Origin: Tubulanus polymorphus
Taxonomy: Eukaryota > Animalia > Nemertea
Direction of reading: 5' to 3'
NCBI RefSeq assembly: GCF_964204645.1
Contig: NC_134029.1
Location: 10,752,850-10,816,849 of the forward strand
Length of the DNA stretch: 64,000 nt
Part shown: piece after piece, positions 35,353-46,823 of the stretch
How positions within the stretch are numbered: the stretch's first letter is position 1
Layout: every line of letters starts with the position of its first letter
Notes under the pieces: generated by a model
What the model saw: only the letters and a program-made list of their open reading frames with translations
Told to the model about the DNA's origin: nothing
Databases searched by the model: none
Program-made: the position numbers and the translations under genes

Positions 35353-36009
35353 ATGGAACCAGAACAACCACAAACTATCAATATTACAAATAACGCTGGT
35401 GTTATAAATATATATTACAAGAAGTGTTCTAAATGTGAATTAGATAAATTAGCTTTAAAAGAATTTAGTAAGCGTAAGATTAGCAAAGATGGTTTTCAAT
35501 ATTGTTGTAAAACTTGTTTTAAACTATATACCAAACAATACCGAGAAGATAATATAGAACATTATAATTATTATATGGCAGAATATATGAGAGAAAGATA
35601 TCAAACAGATCTTAATTTTAGATTAAAACAATGCTTAAGATCTAGATTAACACAATTATTCAACAAAGAAACACATTCAGAAACACTATCTAATCTATTG
35701 GGTTGTTCAGATGAATTTCTCAAATCATGGATTATATTTCAATTCGATGATAAAATGAATATAGATAATTATGGGGATTATTACCATATTGATCATACGT
35801 TACCGATTTCTAAATTTAACATGAATGATGAATACAATAAAAAACTTATTTGGAATTGGAAGAATTTAAGACCTTTAGAAAAGAAGGAAAACATAATTAA
35901 ATCTAATAAACTAGATTTACAGTTATATTTAGAACAGTTAACAAAGGCAAAGAAATTTATTGATCAATGGAACAATGATCCAAATAATGAACAATACGTT
36001 GAGTCTTGA
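35353..36009 (+). CDS. HNH (His-Me) endonuclease with N-terminal CxxC...CxxC zinc ribbon, giant-virus-like
   Basis: KKCSKCE...CCKTC, LRSRL, LLGCS, NYGDYYHIDHTLP...NWKNLRPLEKKENIIKSNK; intact 218-aa ORF. Confidence 0.82.
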   Translation: MEPEQPQTINITNNAGVINIYYKKCSKCELDKLALKEFSKRKISKDGFQYCCKTCFKLYTKQYREDNIEHYNYYMAEYMRERYQTDLNFRLKQCLRSRLTQLFNKETHSETLSNLLGCSDEFLKSWIIFQFDDKMNIDNYGDYYHIDHTLPISKFNMNDEYNKKLIWNWKNLRPLEKKENIIKSNKLDLQLYLEQLTKAKKFIDQWNNDPNNEQYVES

Positions 36010-36269
36010 ATGAGTGGTTAAAGATTAATAGATTTTAAATAAAAAATATTAAAAAAACAATAACTTCAACTAGCTAGTGAATTCTATTATATTTTTAATA
36101 TTTTCTTTTCAAAAAAGAATACTTTATATCACAAATAAAAAATACTAAAAAAACAATAACTAATACTTAAATTCTTTACCTTTAACTAACTTATATTAAC
36201 CCAAAGAGATACTAGTATCATTTGAAGAATAATTATAATATTTTTTTTTGCTTTTTTTCTCTAATATAA

Positions 36270-36878
36270 ATGTCAAAGAAATCTAATAAGAATAGTATTG
36301 ATATTGAAAAGACATTAGATGATTTGGGCATTAGTGATAATAAGGATATTCCGGCCAAAATTGAAAATAATATTTGAGTTAATTGTAATATAGATTATGA
36401 CTACTATTTATATTGTAAACACCATCTTGAACTATTGATTGCTAGCTTAAAGTGTAGAGAGTTTTTAACTAAGACTATTACTTTTCAAGAATTAGATGCT
36501 ATGAAACCAGATAAAGTAATAAAATATTTTAAGATTTATGAAGAAGCTAGATTAGCTAGAATAAATGATTCCATTTCAGATGGTATTGTCAAATGTTATT
36601 CTAAGTTATGTAACCAGTTAATACCAATTAATGATGAAAATAAATTATATAGTGATTTGAAAAATGACTATTTAGTTATGACTGAATTACAAAAATGGGT
36701 TGGATATGCTTCATTTCAATTAGGATCGGTTATGACATTAATTTCTACTGGCGTCATAACATTTTCGAACATCAAGCCTATGGAATATAAATCAGGTAAG
36801 AACGAAACAGATGTACCACAACCAAACAGTGAAACAGAAAATGAATCAGAACAAAAATTAACTAAAATAAATGAGTGA
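36270..36878 (+). pseudogene. Polinton conserved protein (homolog of 26595-27182), early stop/frameshift
   Basis: MSKKSNKN start at 36270; ORF 36435-36878 matches element 2a. Confidence 0.72.
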
Positions 36879-37239
36879 TAGCGTTAAGAAGAAGCCTAGA
36901 TCCGAGAAACAAATTAAATGGGCAAGAGAATTAGGTAAAAGATCTTCAGAATTAAAAAAAGCTAAGAAAAAGAAATTAACTGATATAAATGAATCACAGA
37001 CTTTATCTGATATTGATTCAAATAATAATCCATCTAATTCTTCTAATGCTGGATGTAATTATAAATTATATTTTACAATTGGATTAGTAACAGTTATTAT
37101 ATTATCCGGTGTAATATATAAATCAAAATTCAAATCTGATGATAAAGATGATTCCAATGACAATAAACCTATCATACCAGAAAATAAATCAAATCATACA
37201 GCCATTGAAACTAAATCTAAATTATTATTAATGGATTAA
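36871..37239 (+). CDS. Polinton small basic protein with one TM helix
   Basis: 122 aa, LYFTIGLVTVIILSGVIY; homolog at 26246-26590. Confidence 0.72.
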   Translation: MSDSVKKKPRSEKQIKWARELGKRSSELKKAKKKKLTDINESQTLSDIDSNNNPSNSSNAGCNYKLYFTIGLVTVIILSGVIYKSKFKSDDKDDSNDNKPIIPENKSNHTAIETKSKLLLMD

Positions 37240-37245
37240 AATAAG

Positions 37246-38337
37246 ATGAAAAAAGAACAATATTTAAGAGATTTATATTATAACCCAGAAAGTGAAGTAT
37301 CATATTCTAACGATACAGAATTATGGGGTAAAATTAAATCTGATAATGAAAATGGTGGTATAAAATATAGTGAGTTAAAATCATGGTTACAAAATCAACC
37401 AACATATCAAATCCACAAGAAAATGGATAAAACTTATTTAACAAGAAAAGTTATGGTTTCATATATTGATCAACAATGGCAAGCAGATTTAATCGACATG
37501 AAGAACTTAGAAGAACACAACAAAGGATATTTCTGGATACTGAATGTTATAGACATATTCAGTCGATACGCATGGCCAATTCCAATCAAAAATAGAACTG
37601 GAAAAGAAGTAACAAATGCTTTTAAATCTATATTTAAAGAAGCTATTCCAGATAAGATACAATTTGATGAAGGTAAGGAATTTTATAACAAACATTTCAA
37701 AAAACTATTATCTGATAACGACGTAGAATATTTTTCAACACATTCAGATAAAAAAGCATCTATTATAGAAAGATTTAATAAAACATTGAAAACTAGAATG
37801 TGGAAATATTTTACTGCTAATGAAACATATAAATATATCGATGTGTTAGATGATTTAGTGAAAGGTTATAATAATTCTAAACATAGTTCTATAAATATGA
37901 AACCTATTCAAGCTAGAAAAGAAGATAATTCGGAAATAGTTTGGAATAATTTATATGGAGCGTTTGTTACACATGATTTCGGCGAACCTAAATTTAAAAT
38001 TGGTCAACACGTTAGAATATCTAAATATAGAAAAACATTTTATAAAGGTTATACCCCTAATTTTACAGAAGAAATATTTAAGATTAAAAAGATAATATTA
38101 ACTAAACCTTTTGTTTATAAATTAGAAGATCTAAAAGATGAAGAAATATTAGGTTATTTCTATGAACAAGAATTATCACTTGTACCGAATCCAGATGAAA
38201 TAGAATACAAAATAGAAAAAGTATTGAAAACAAAAAACCTTAAAGGAAAAAAGTATTCTTTGGTGAAATATAAAGGATACGATGATAAATTTAATGAATG
38301 GATTTTATCTAGTAAAATTAAAAGAATAAATGAATAA
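37246..38337 (+). CDS. Polinton retroviral-like (c-)integrase with C-terminal chromodomain
   Basis: Intact 363 aa; DDE triad in QADL / QFDEGKEF / IIERFN; chromodomain YKIEKVL...LVKYKGYDDKFNEWI. Confidence 0.95.
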   Translation: MKKEQYLRDLYYNPESEVSYSNDTELWGKIKSDNENGGIKYSELKSWLQNQPTYQIHKKMDKTYLTRKVMVSYIDQQWQADLIDMKNLEEHNKGYFWILNVIDIFSRYAWPIPIKNRTGKEVTNAFKSIFKEAIPDKIQFDEGKEFYNKHFKKLLSDNDVEYFSTHSDKKASIIERFNKTLKTRMWKYFTANETYKYIDVLDDLVKGYNNSKHSSINMKPIQARKEDNSEIVWNNLYGAFVTHDFGEPKFKIGQHVRISKYRKTFYKGYTPNFTEEIFKIKKIILTKPFVYKLEDLKDEEILGYFYEQELSLVPNPDEIEYKIEKVLKTKNLKGKKYSLVKYKGYDDKFNEWILSSKIKRINE

Positions 38338-38941
38338 AGATTTATTTATATTTGAACCGCATAATATGTTAGTTACTGGAGTAACCGATTGTGGTAAAAC
38401 ACATTTCATATTAGATTTGTTAGAAACTATTTATAAGAATCATTTTGATAATATAATATTATTCTGTTCTACTTATGATATGAATAAAACGTATAATAGA
38501 GATATAGTTAAGATGAAAAAGTTTATTATATTAGATCCTAAAATAGTAAAAGAAAATTTAGATAATTGTATAAAAATAGCAATTGATACTTATAAAGGAT
38601 CAAATACATTATTCATTGTAGATGATTGCGCTAATTTACATGATTCAAAAGTGAGAGAAAGTGAGTTATGTTATTTAGCTTTCTCTGGAAGACATTTTGG
38701 GATAACAACATGGGTTTTAAATCAAAAATATAATTCAATTGTTAAAGACTTTAGGGAGAATATAAGATTTCTAGTTTTATTTTATAACAAAGATAAAAAA
38801 TCTATGCAACAATCACTGGAAGAAAATCAAATTATACCTACTGAATTACATGATGAATATATGAATAAATTAAAGAATAATAAAGGTTCAAAATTATTAC
38901 TGAGATTACAATTTCCATATGAATATATATTTATAAAATAA
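38330..38941 (+). CDS. Polinton packaging ATPase
   Basis: Walker A GVTDCGKT, Walker B FIVDD, SGRH. Confidence 0.92.
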   Translation: MNKDLFIFEPHNMLVTGVTDCGKTHFILDLLETIYKNHFDNIILFCSTYDMNKTYNRDIVKMKKFIILDPKIVKENLDNCIKIAIDTYKGSNTLFIVDDCANLHDSKVRESELCYLAFSGRHFGITTWVLNQKYNSIVKDFRENIRFLVLFYNKDKKSMQQSLEENQIIPTELHDEYMNKLKNNKGSKLLLRLQFPYEYIFIK

Positions 38942-38964
38942 CAATTTATAATTTGGAATATTAT

Positions 38965-39320
38965 AGAAACTAATTTATATATCTATGTACTAGACGTACG
39001 AGTAAGAAAGTAAGATTCTTACCTTTTTACTTTCTTGGCAAGAATCTTGGATTCTTACGTACGTCTAATCCATAGAAATATGAATTATTAAATGAAATAT
39101 ATAATAATGAATAAATTATATATTAAAACTATGTTTATAATTTATGTTTATAATTTATGTTTATAATTTATGTTTATAATTTATGTTTATAATTTATGTT
39201 TATAATTTATATTTATAATTTATATTTCTTGGCAAGGATTCTTGGGTTCTTACTTTCTTACTCGTACGTCTAGTACATAGATATATAAACATTTTTATAG
39301 ATATATAAATAGTTTTATAA
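38965..39320. repeat. Intergenic palindrome, 13-bp minisatellite and half-palindrome between convergent gene blocks
   Basis: Same arms as 23897-24515; (tttataatttatg)n at ~39130-39225. Confidence 0.82.
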
Positions 39321-39323
39321 TAA

Positions 39324-40468
39324 TTATTCTCATTTTGTTTCTAATACATTTATAAAATCATCTTAGTTTATATCAAATTCATCAGAAGTCTTTGGCATAT
39401 TTATTAATTCTATTTCATCCTTCGTTCTACGTTCATCATCACTTAATCCAGCTTTTATTCTTAATTTTTCAAAGTGATCATTAGAATTATCACCATCAAA
39501 ATCAAATTCAAAATCATTTATTAAATTAAATAAATCTAGGTATCCATTATACGCTAATTTATATATTTGGTCAGGATTATCTTCTGCATAAGCTAATGAT
39601 TTATCAAATAACAACTTAAAGAATATATGATATTGTTTAGTTTCAGGATTAAAATATTTGATATATTTCTTTGGTTCATCTAACAATGGTAACATACCCA
39701 CTTTTTTATAAACATTAATTAGATGTAATTTTGATTTATAATGAGTAATTTTATAAACAGGTTCAATTTCTTTATTACAATAATCACATATTAATTCTTT
39801 TTCATTTTCTATGTAAAATTTTTTATGTTTAGAAAAATTACTTTTAGAAATATCTAAATTACAAATGTTACAATGTTTTTTAGAATCATCAATTATTTCA
39901 TTATCTGTTATATCATTATCATTAGTTTCGATTGGGTTAACATTATTTATTACATTATCTTTTATATTATCTATGGTATCATTTGTTTCAATTGTATTAA
40001 CATTATCTTTTATATTACTAACTGATATATTATTATCATTATTATTATTTCTTTTTCTATATGTTTCTTTGATTTCTTATGTGATGCCCAATTTTTATAT
40101 GATATATATTTCTTACATACATCACAATATTTTGGATTATAATAATCTTTTTTTGATTCAATATCATATGTAGAGGGTATATTATAAGATGTAGATGCTG
40201 TTACATCTTCTATTTTAGTTTCAATATTATTACTATCTTCTATTTTAGTTTCAATATTATCTTCTATTTTATATTCAATATCATTCTTATCTTCTATTTT
40301 AGTTTCAATATTATTTTCTATTTTAGTTTCAATATTATCTTTTATTTTACTTATTCTATATTTGAATTGATCTCCAAAATACTTAATGTATTCATCATAA
40401 GGTAATATATAATATATATCTGATATCATTTCACTTGGGGTTTGTATTTCATATATTCCACCTTCCAT
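39324..40468 (-). pseudogene. Polinton C2H2 zinc-finger protein with IETKIED repeats, frameshifted
   Basis: ORFs 40010-40468 and 39363-39701; YCDVCKKYISYKNWASHKKSKKH. Confidence 0.75.
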
Positions 40469-40500
40469 TTATTATATAAATATTTATTAAAGTTAAAATT

Positions 40501-41748
40501 TTAATACATAACACTATCTAATTGTGAATTTACAATATTTAATTGCGCGTCAGATATAATATAAATGTGCATTTTGAAATTTAGACTTCCTTTTTTCTTT
40601 GTCATGAATAATTGTATTCCATCTTTAGTGTTTTGTAATTTTTTTCCAGAACCATGTAATGAATTATCCTCTGTTGTTCTAAAATCTAACCATAATGCAT
40701 ATTTATTACCGGTATAATAATCAATTTGATTAATATTACAATTTTCAGATGATTTCACTTTTTCATTCATAAAATGTTTTCTAATTTCTGGCCATTGATC
40801 TATCATTCTCATTCCTTGACAAAATATTTCATTTGCTATTCCTTCGATAGTTATTTCTACTTTTGTTATTTCAGGATTATAATACTTATCAACCTGTATT
40901 GCACCATTAGAATACGTTGCAATGGTAAGAAATATTAATATACCTTTAATAGATCTTCTTGGGAAGTTAATATTCCCATTAATTATTTCATCATTTGCGT
41001 TAATAGTTACAGTTTTAAATTTATCAATATAATCATATAATAATGAAAATCCTTGATTGTATTGAGTTTGAATTGTGCTAGCAATATTTTCATTAGTTAC
41101 TGTGTCATATTCTAAACATATTTTTGATAATTTATAACCCATATCTTTAACAACGCTAGATAATACAATTTCATTTACAGGAGCAAATGTTATCTCAAAT
41201 ATAATATCTTCTTGAATTGCATATTTATATAAAGGCGCATTATTATTTATCAATTCAAAGTCTAATGGAATTTTATATTTGCTTCCATAAATCTTTTTTA
41301 TCAAATTATCTGCGGTACGAGTTACTATTGCGTCATTAGCTCCTGATCTTAATTTATTTTGGTTTTCCGATTGGATTCCTTGAAATATCATATTATTTCT
41401 ATTTTCTTTAGTTAACCATAAATCTTCATAATGCATAAATAAATTATAATCATCTAATGAGAAAACTGTTTCTGGTCCAATCTTTATAGTTAACTTTTTA
41501 ATCAAATATCTTCCAACATTATCAACAACATAATTATTATTATTACCGAGTACTTTTATATCGACTGATAAATAAATACTATTTGGAACATAAAAAGTAT
41601 TTTGTGTTAATCGAGGAATTCTAACATATAAAGTTTCATCGGGATTAATATTTGAAGGATTATGAGTAATTATATGATGTGATCTTTCTGCTTTAATAGC
41701 ATTAGATATTCTATGATTCTTAGAAGGATTGATATAACTCCCACTCAT
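40501..41748 (-). CDS. Polinton major capsid protein (double jelly-roll)
   Basis: Intact 415 aa, beta-rich; ITHNPS, VGRYLIKKL, IPLDFE, ICLEYD, YYNPEITKV, YALWLDFRT...LHGSG match the MCP type I recall from aquatic-invertebrate Polintons. Confidence 0.82.
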   Translation of the reverse strand: MSGSYINPSKNHRISNAIKAERSHHIITHNPSNINPDETLYVRIPRLTQNTFYVPNSIYLSVDIKVLGNNNNYVVDNVGRYLIKKLTIKIGPETVFSLDDYNLFMHYEDLWLTKENRNNMIFQGIQSENQNKLRSGANDAIVTRTADNLIKKIYGSKYKIPLDFELINNNAPLYKYAIQEDIIFEITFAPVNEIVLSSVVKDMGYKLSKICLEYDTVTNENIASTIQTQYNQGFSLLYDYIDKFKTVTINANDEIINGNINFPRRSIKGILIFLTIATYSNGAIQVDKYYNPEITKVEITIEGIANEIFCQGMRMIDQWPEIRKHFMNEKVKSSENCNINQIDYYTGNKYALWLDFRTTEDNSLHGSGKKLQNTKDGIQLFMTKKKGSLNFKMHIYIISDAQLNIVNSQLDSVMY

Positions 41749-41768
41749 TTATTTAACAAAAAAATTAA

Positions 41769-43221
41769 TTATTTATTTTTGATCATGTTTACTAACCCAA
41801 AAATAATTGCACTTACAACTGTAATTAGAAATAAAATAATATGTTCAGCAGGAAAGTTAATAATGTTTCCTGCAGATTTCAATATAAAACCAACAATTGA
41901 TGCAATAATTCCTGGTGATGCTGCAGCAGATTTTTTAGATAGTTCCCATAAATATTTTGCTAATTTCTTTAAACCATCCTTAACTTTATCTTGTATAGAA
42001 TTATTATCATTCGGGGGTTTATCCGGTTTATTGGGAGAAGGAGTAGGAGTAGATTTTAAAGCATTTGATATTGCTAAACCAATTGTTGTAAATACCATAG
42101 TTACAGATGTTAGAATTGAAAGAATTGTTATTCCTTCTAGTTTAAATAATAATCTTATTCTATCTTTTAATGATATTTTAGAATCTGGTTTTATCAACAA
42201 ATCTGTAAAAACATCTTTTAATCTTTTAAAATTATTACCAAATTCTTTTAATAATATATCTCTTTCACCTTTCAGTACTTCTAAATTATCTTTTAAATTA
42301 TTAATTTCTTTTTCTAAACGTGGTTCTTTTTGCTTATATTCTATTATATCAATTACTTGATGATCAAGATCAGACTTTAATTTTTCTATTTCTTTATTTT
42401 TATCAGGTAATTCTTTTTCTAAATTGTTAATTTCAATATCTCTTATACTTTTATTATGTGCAATTTTATCAGCTTCATTTCTTATACTAATAATTTCTCT
42501 AATTGCTTCATCAGAAAATATATTATTTAAATCTTCTAATTCTTGATCTGTTGCATCAAGTAATCCATTTGGTAAAAGTTTTTCAGTTTGAACTCTTCTT
42601 GATTTAATTTTACTAGTTTTGGAATTATCAGCTTCTTTAGGAATTTTTTTTGTCTTAAATTTTCATTAATTATCTTCAAAAAATCATCATTTCTTCGAAT
42701 AAATTGTTTTCTATTTAAAGTTATCTCTTGTTCTGTAACATCATTTATAACATCATTAATGATTTTCTTAATTCTAGATTGTTCTAATTTAATAAAAGTT
42801 GGTCTTGTTATTATTTTATCGAGACTTTTATTAGAAGAAATCTTAAAATAATAGTCATCTTTCAAATGCCAATAATAATCACCATTTGAATATTTTAAAT
42901 CTTTTACTAATTTATCCATACCTTTATCTGTTATATTGAAACCAGATTTTTTTAATATTGGTTCAAAATCATGAATAATTTCATCATATTTTAATTTTTT
43001 TTTTCTAATTCTGGTACTTCATTTTGAATATCTATTCTCGATTTAGCTCCTCTAATATATTCATCTGTTGATGGGGTTTTAGAACCAGGAACAACTTCTG
43101 GTAAATTAGTATTATATTCTGGCTCATTATCATCATTAAAACTTGTTTCACTAAAATCAGGTTGTTGTTCATCACTTATACCGGGTTCATCTAAAGCATC
43201 CAATGGAATTTCTTCATCCAT
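41769..43221 (-). pseudogene. Polinton acidic/coiled-coil protein with C-terminal TM helices, frameshifted in A-runs
   Basis: ORFs 42991-43221, 42536-42919 and 41769-42200. Confidence 0.75.
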
Positions 43222-43236
43222 TTATATAATAAAAAA

Positions 43237-44562
43237 TTAAAATTTAAAATAAAATATTCCTCCGATTACAATTCCTACACAAGTTAAAGCTAATTTAGCA
43301 TTTTCATGGGATTTATTATCATTATCAGTTTTAATTATATCATGTTGAATATTATCAGTTTTTATGTTTTCTGATGTATTGTAATCTTTTATTTTAGAAT
43401 CATTATTTAATTTAATATTCTTAGTTTTAGTTTCTGTTGATTGAATATGTTTTTTATTTTTTTCGCCTTCCATTAATTTTGGAGCAGTAATAATCTTTTT
43501 ATTTATATCATTCAATCCGAATGAATTATTTATTGTTGCAGTTTTAATTAGATTATTATAACCAATTATGTTTCCCATCTTTAGTACTAAATCATTAGAA
43601 ATAATTAATAGATTAGGTCCTATACAATAATTTAATCTAATATGTGATTTATCTAAATAATTTTGATATCTTACAATGTTTTCTGGAATCGATCTATTTT
43701 TATCATTATGAATTGAATCTTCAAATAATACTTTGAATTGTTTCTGCGCATCGAATGAAGTGTTATCATTTCCAATTATTGGGGATCTTGTTTCAACTTG
43801 AGCACCTAAAATACATATCAAATAAGTTCTAATAGATTGATTTATTCTTTGTATTCCAGCTTTAGTAAAACCTTCACTATTTTCTAAAATGAAATTAACC
43901 CAACCATTATTGTTTTGTTGTTGTATATTATTATAATATTTTGGTAATTCATTCAAATTTAGTGTTCTTATATCTGAATTTGTCATTATTTTTCCAAATT
44001 CTTTAGTATATAATATTCCTAATCCACCCATTGTTCCAATTTTTGCTCTAAAATCTTTATTTGAATTAATATTAAATTCATTACATATTTTATAAAACTT
44101 AGAAAAATTAATATTATTATTCAATTCTTTAAAATATTTTGAACCTGGTAAAGGACATTCTAATTCATCTAATATTAATTTTATTTGAAAATATGTATGA
44201 AATCTAAAAAGTGATAACATCAATGGTAAACTTGGTTTGTTTAAATGATCATTCCAACTAATTCCACATCCTGTTGTTGCACAATAAACAGCAAAATTTA
44301 ATTGGTTCTGCCAATACTTCATATTAGATTTTAATAACCATTGTTTTGCCTCATTTAAATTTTTGAAATTAATTGTATACACATGAAATATATTTTCCAT
44401 CTTTACATGGAAATTATTACTTTCAGTAACATAAATATATAAATCAATTAATGAATTTAAAACTTCATTTCTATATGTAATATCTTTATTAAAATCTATT
44501 GCTGGAATATTATATTTAATTGATTTATTATATTGGAAAGCTTTTGGAAAACTATCTGCCAT
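43237..44562 (-). CDS. Polinton conserved 441-aa protein with C-terminal TM anchor, function unknown
   Basis: Intact ORF; YWQNQLNFAVYCATTGCGIS; ends LTCVGIVIGGIFYFKF. Confidence 0.82.
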   Translation of the reverse strand: MADSFPKAFQYNKSIKYNIPAIDFNKDITYRNEVLNSLIDLYIYVTESNNFHVKMENIFHVYTINFKNLNEAKQWLLKSNMKYWQNQLNFAVYCATTGCGISWNDHLNKPSLPLMLSLFRFHTYFQIKLILDELECPLPGSKYFKELNNNINFSKFYKICNEFNINSNKDFRAKIGTMGGLGILYTKEFGKIMTNSDIRTLNLNELPKYYNNIQQQNNNGWVNFILENSEGFTKAGIQRINQSIRTYLICILGAQVETRSPIIGNDNTSFDAQKQFKVLFEDSIHNDKNRSIPENIVRYQNYLDKSHIRLNYCIGPNLLIISNDLVLKMGNIIGYNNLIKTATINNSFGLNDINKKIITAPKLMEGEKNKKHIQSTETKTKNIKLNNDSKIKDYNTSENIKTDNIQHDIIKTDNDNKSHENAKLALTCVGIVIGGIFYFKF

Positions 44563-44578
44563 TTATATAATAAAAAAA

Positions 44579-45014
44579 TTAATAATTTATTAATTCTTTT
44601 AATAATTTATCTTGTTCTTCAACTGTTATATGGCCATTTAAACTTATTATATAATCTAGTGTATTCTTTAATTTATTAATTTCTTTTATATTAGTTTTAA
44701 TTTTTTTCTTTATTACTTTTTATATTTGATTTTGAACTTATACCAGTTAAAACACTTGATGATAATCCTAACACACCAATTGATATAGCTAAAGGTGTTA
44801 ATGGACTGAATATTGCTAGAAATGTTATTACAGAACTAATTGTAACCGAACCACTTATAATCAAATAATATATAATTTTACTTTTTAAATATTTTTTCTT
44901 TTTTATCTTTAAGTCACTTTCAAATTCTAATATTAGTTTTTCTAAATATGTTTTTAATTTAGTTTTATTCATATCATGAGGAATAATATCAATATTATCA
45001 ACTTTATCATCCAT
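44579..45014 (-). pseudogene. Polinton two-TM/coiled-coil small protein (frameshift in A-run ~44700)
   Basis: IIYYLIISGSVTISSVITFLAIF / LAISIGVLGL; continuation matches 18180-18368. Confidence 0.7.
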
Positions 45015-45035
45015 TTATTTAGCAAAAAAAAATTA

Positions 45036-45445
45036 CTAATTAGTAAACTTATAAGCAACAAATAGAACAATAACAGTTCCGCCTAAAATCCATATTATTT
45101 CATATTTCTGTTGTTCTTTACTTGGGGTATAATAATCTGATAATATAGGTTTGTATAGATGTAATTTTTCTTTATTTGTTACCGCGTTATATAAACTCAT
45201 TGCATCATCAACTGATTGAAAATCTCCTGATCATATAATTCCTTGTTAATATAATCCATATAGTTTTGCCTCTTTTCTCTATATTCTTCCGCTGCTTTAT
45301 TATATTTCTCTAACGCTAAGTTATGTCTTTTATGTTCTGTTAATGATCCATTTTTATCAATATGCTTAAATAAATAACCACCACCAGTAAATGCTAAAGC
45401 GTTAACAATTGCTGATCCTATAATAGTTATAACTGCAGAAGCCAT
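45036..45445 (-). pseudogene. Polinton small membrane protein (N- and C-terminal hydrophobic segments), one frameshift
   Basis: MASAVITIIGSAIVNALAFTGG...EHKRHNLALE; shifted frame ends KYEIIWILGGTVIVLFVAYKFTN*. Confidence 0.7.
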
Positions 45446-45469
45446 TTATTTAGTTAAATAATTATGTAT

Positions 45470-45691
45470 TTATATGGGAGGAATATATTTTTGTTTTTCC
45501 AAATAATCAATAGTTAAATTAGATAAAGTAACTGTTAATGTTAATTTTAAAATATCATTTATATCAAATCTATCAACATTAACACTTCCCATTTTGAATA
45601 CTTTTTTTAATACCATTGAATAACCAACAGTTCCAACTGATAGTAATGCTCCATTATATAATCCAGTTATTATCCACTTATTATCACTCAT
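45470..45691 (-). CDS. Polinton small hydrophobic protein (73 aa)
   Basis: ATAAATG start, abuts its neighbours; GLYNGALLSVGTVGYSMVL...DYLEKQKYIP. Confidence 0.7.
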   Translation of the reverse strand: MSDNKWIITGLYNGALLSVGTVGYSMVLKKVFKMGSVNVDRFDINDILKLTLTVTLSNLTIDYLEKQKYIPPI

Positions 45692-46033
45692 TTATTTATC
45701 AAAAAAAATACTATCATCAAAATATTGAGTTATCATAGTGATGATTAATTCAACATTTATTTCATTACTACTTTTATGATTATCATATATTTTGGTTAAT
45801 ATGTTTTTAATATCATCAATAATTCCGTCTTCATTTAATTCATAATATTCTAAAGGTGTTTTAATTAAATCAATTACTTTTTCTATATTATAATTTTCTT
45901 TATTAATCATTGATGCATTGTTAAATGATTTACTTTTTATATCAGTAATTACATCATTTAGTTTAATTCTCATTTCTTTACCATGTTTAATATCAAACCC
46001 AAAACATATACTCGGTCCAACAGTTATATTCAT
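45692..46033 (-). CDS. Polinton hypothetical protein (113 aa)
   Basis: ATAAATG start, tightly packed within the gene block. Confidence 0.6.
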   Translation of the reverse strand: MNITVGPSICFGFDIKHGKEMRIKLNDVITDIKSKSFNNASMINKENYNIEKVIDLIKTPLEYYELNEDGIIDDIKNILTKIYDNHKSSNEINVELIITMITQYFDDSIFFDK

Positions 46034-46050
46034 TTATATAGTGAAAAAAA

Positions 46051-46809
46051 TTACTCTCTACATCTTATAACTAATTCATAAATTACAGGGAAATTATTTA
46101 AATCAATTAAGTATCCATTGTGATTTCTAATTTCTAATCTAAACTTATTAAAACGAGGAATGCATGGTTTGAAATAACATTCTGTTAAATTATAATTTAT
46201 TTGCGTTCCAAATTCTTTAACATTCTTCAATGGTAAAATGTTTAGTAAACCAGAATTACAAGTTATATCTTTAGTTGCTTCGAATGTTTTTGTAGGATCG
46301 ATTAAATTGCAATAAATATAAAAGTGTGTAAAAGGTATTAAGTTTGGTGTAGCATCAGCATTGCGTATCCTTACATCTGGGGTTATTCCTAAAATTTTAG
46401 CTAAAGGTTTTTTAACTAGAAATTGATGTTGATCTTCATTACCTAATTTTATTTTTATTTTATCGGAGCTATCACTTTTAATCAGTCTTAATCCAAATCC
46501 AGCAGATGCACCCATTTTCAACCGAGCTCTTCTATTAATTTCCTGCGCTAATGTATCTAAATTATATAATCCTGGTTTAAGATAAAGATGAAACCATTTA
46601 CTTTTATTTCTATCATGAATTAAAAAGACTCTATGTTCAATAGTTTTATCCGATACATTGTAAAAAGAAATACATAAACTTATATTAACTAATTTTAAAT
46701 CTACACAATTTTTATATTCTCTATCTAATTGTACTAGTAAATTATGTGATTTATAATCTGTAAGTCTTCTAGAATCAACAAATATTCTGTATTCTTTTAA
46801 TTCTACCAT
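46051..46809 (-). CDS. Polinton minor capsid (penton-like) protein
   Basis: 252 aa; SFYNV, LKPGLYNL..L, LAKILG, FYIYCNLI, LLNILP, RLEIRNHNGYLIDLNNFPVIYEL pattern typical of the Polinton single jelly-roll mCP. Confidence 0.75.
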   Translation of the reverse strand: MVELKEYRIFVDSRRLTDYKSHNLLVQLDREYKNCVDLKLVNISLCISFYNVSDKTIEHRVFLIHDRNKSKWFHLYLKPGLYNLDTLAQEINRRARLKMGASAGFGLRLIKSDSSDKIKIKLGNEDQHQFLVKKPLAKILGITPDVRIRNADATPNLIPFTHFYIYCNLIDPTKTFEATKDITCNSGLLNILPLKNVKEFGTQINYNLTECYFKPCIPRFNKFRLEIRNHNGYLIDLNNFPVIYELVIRCRE

Positions 46810-46823
46810 TTATTTTACATATT

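Noticed and set aside
41713-42360. 215-aa plus-strand ORF, and similar antisense ORFs at 20961-21525, 22764-23210 and 39865-40173
   Set aside because: Antisense shadows of AT-rich Polinton genes; no ATAAATG start and no domain motifs
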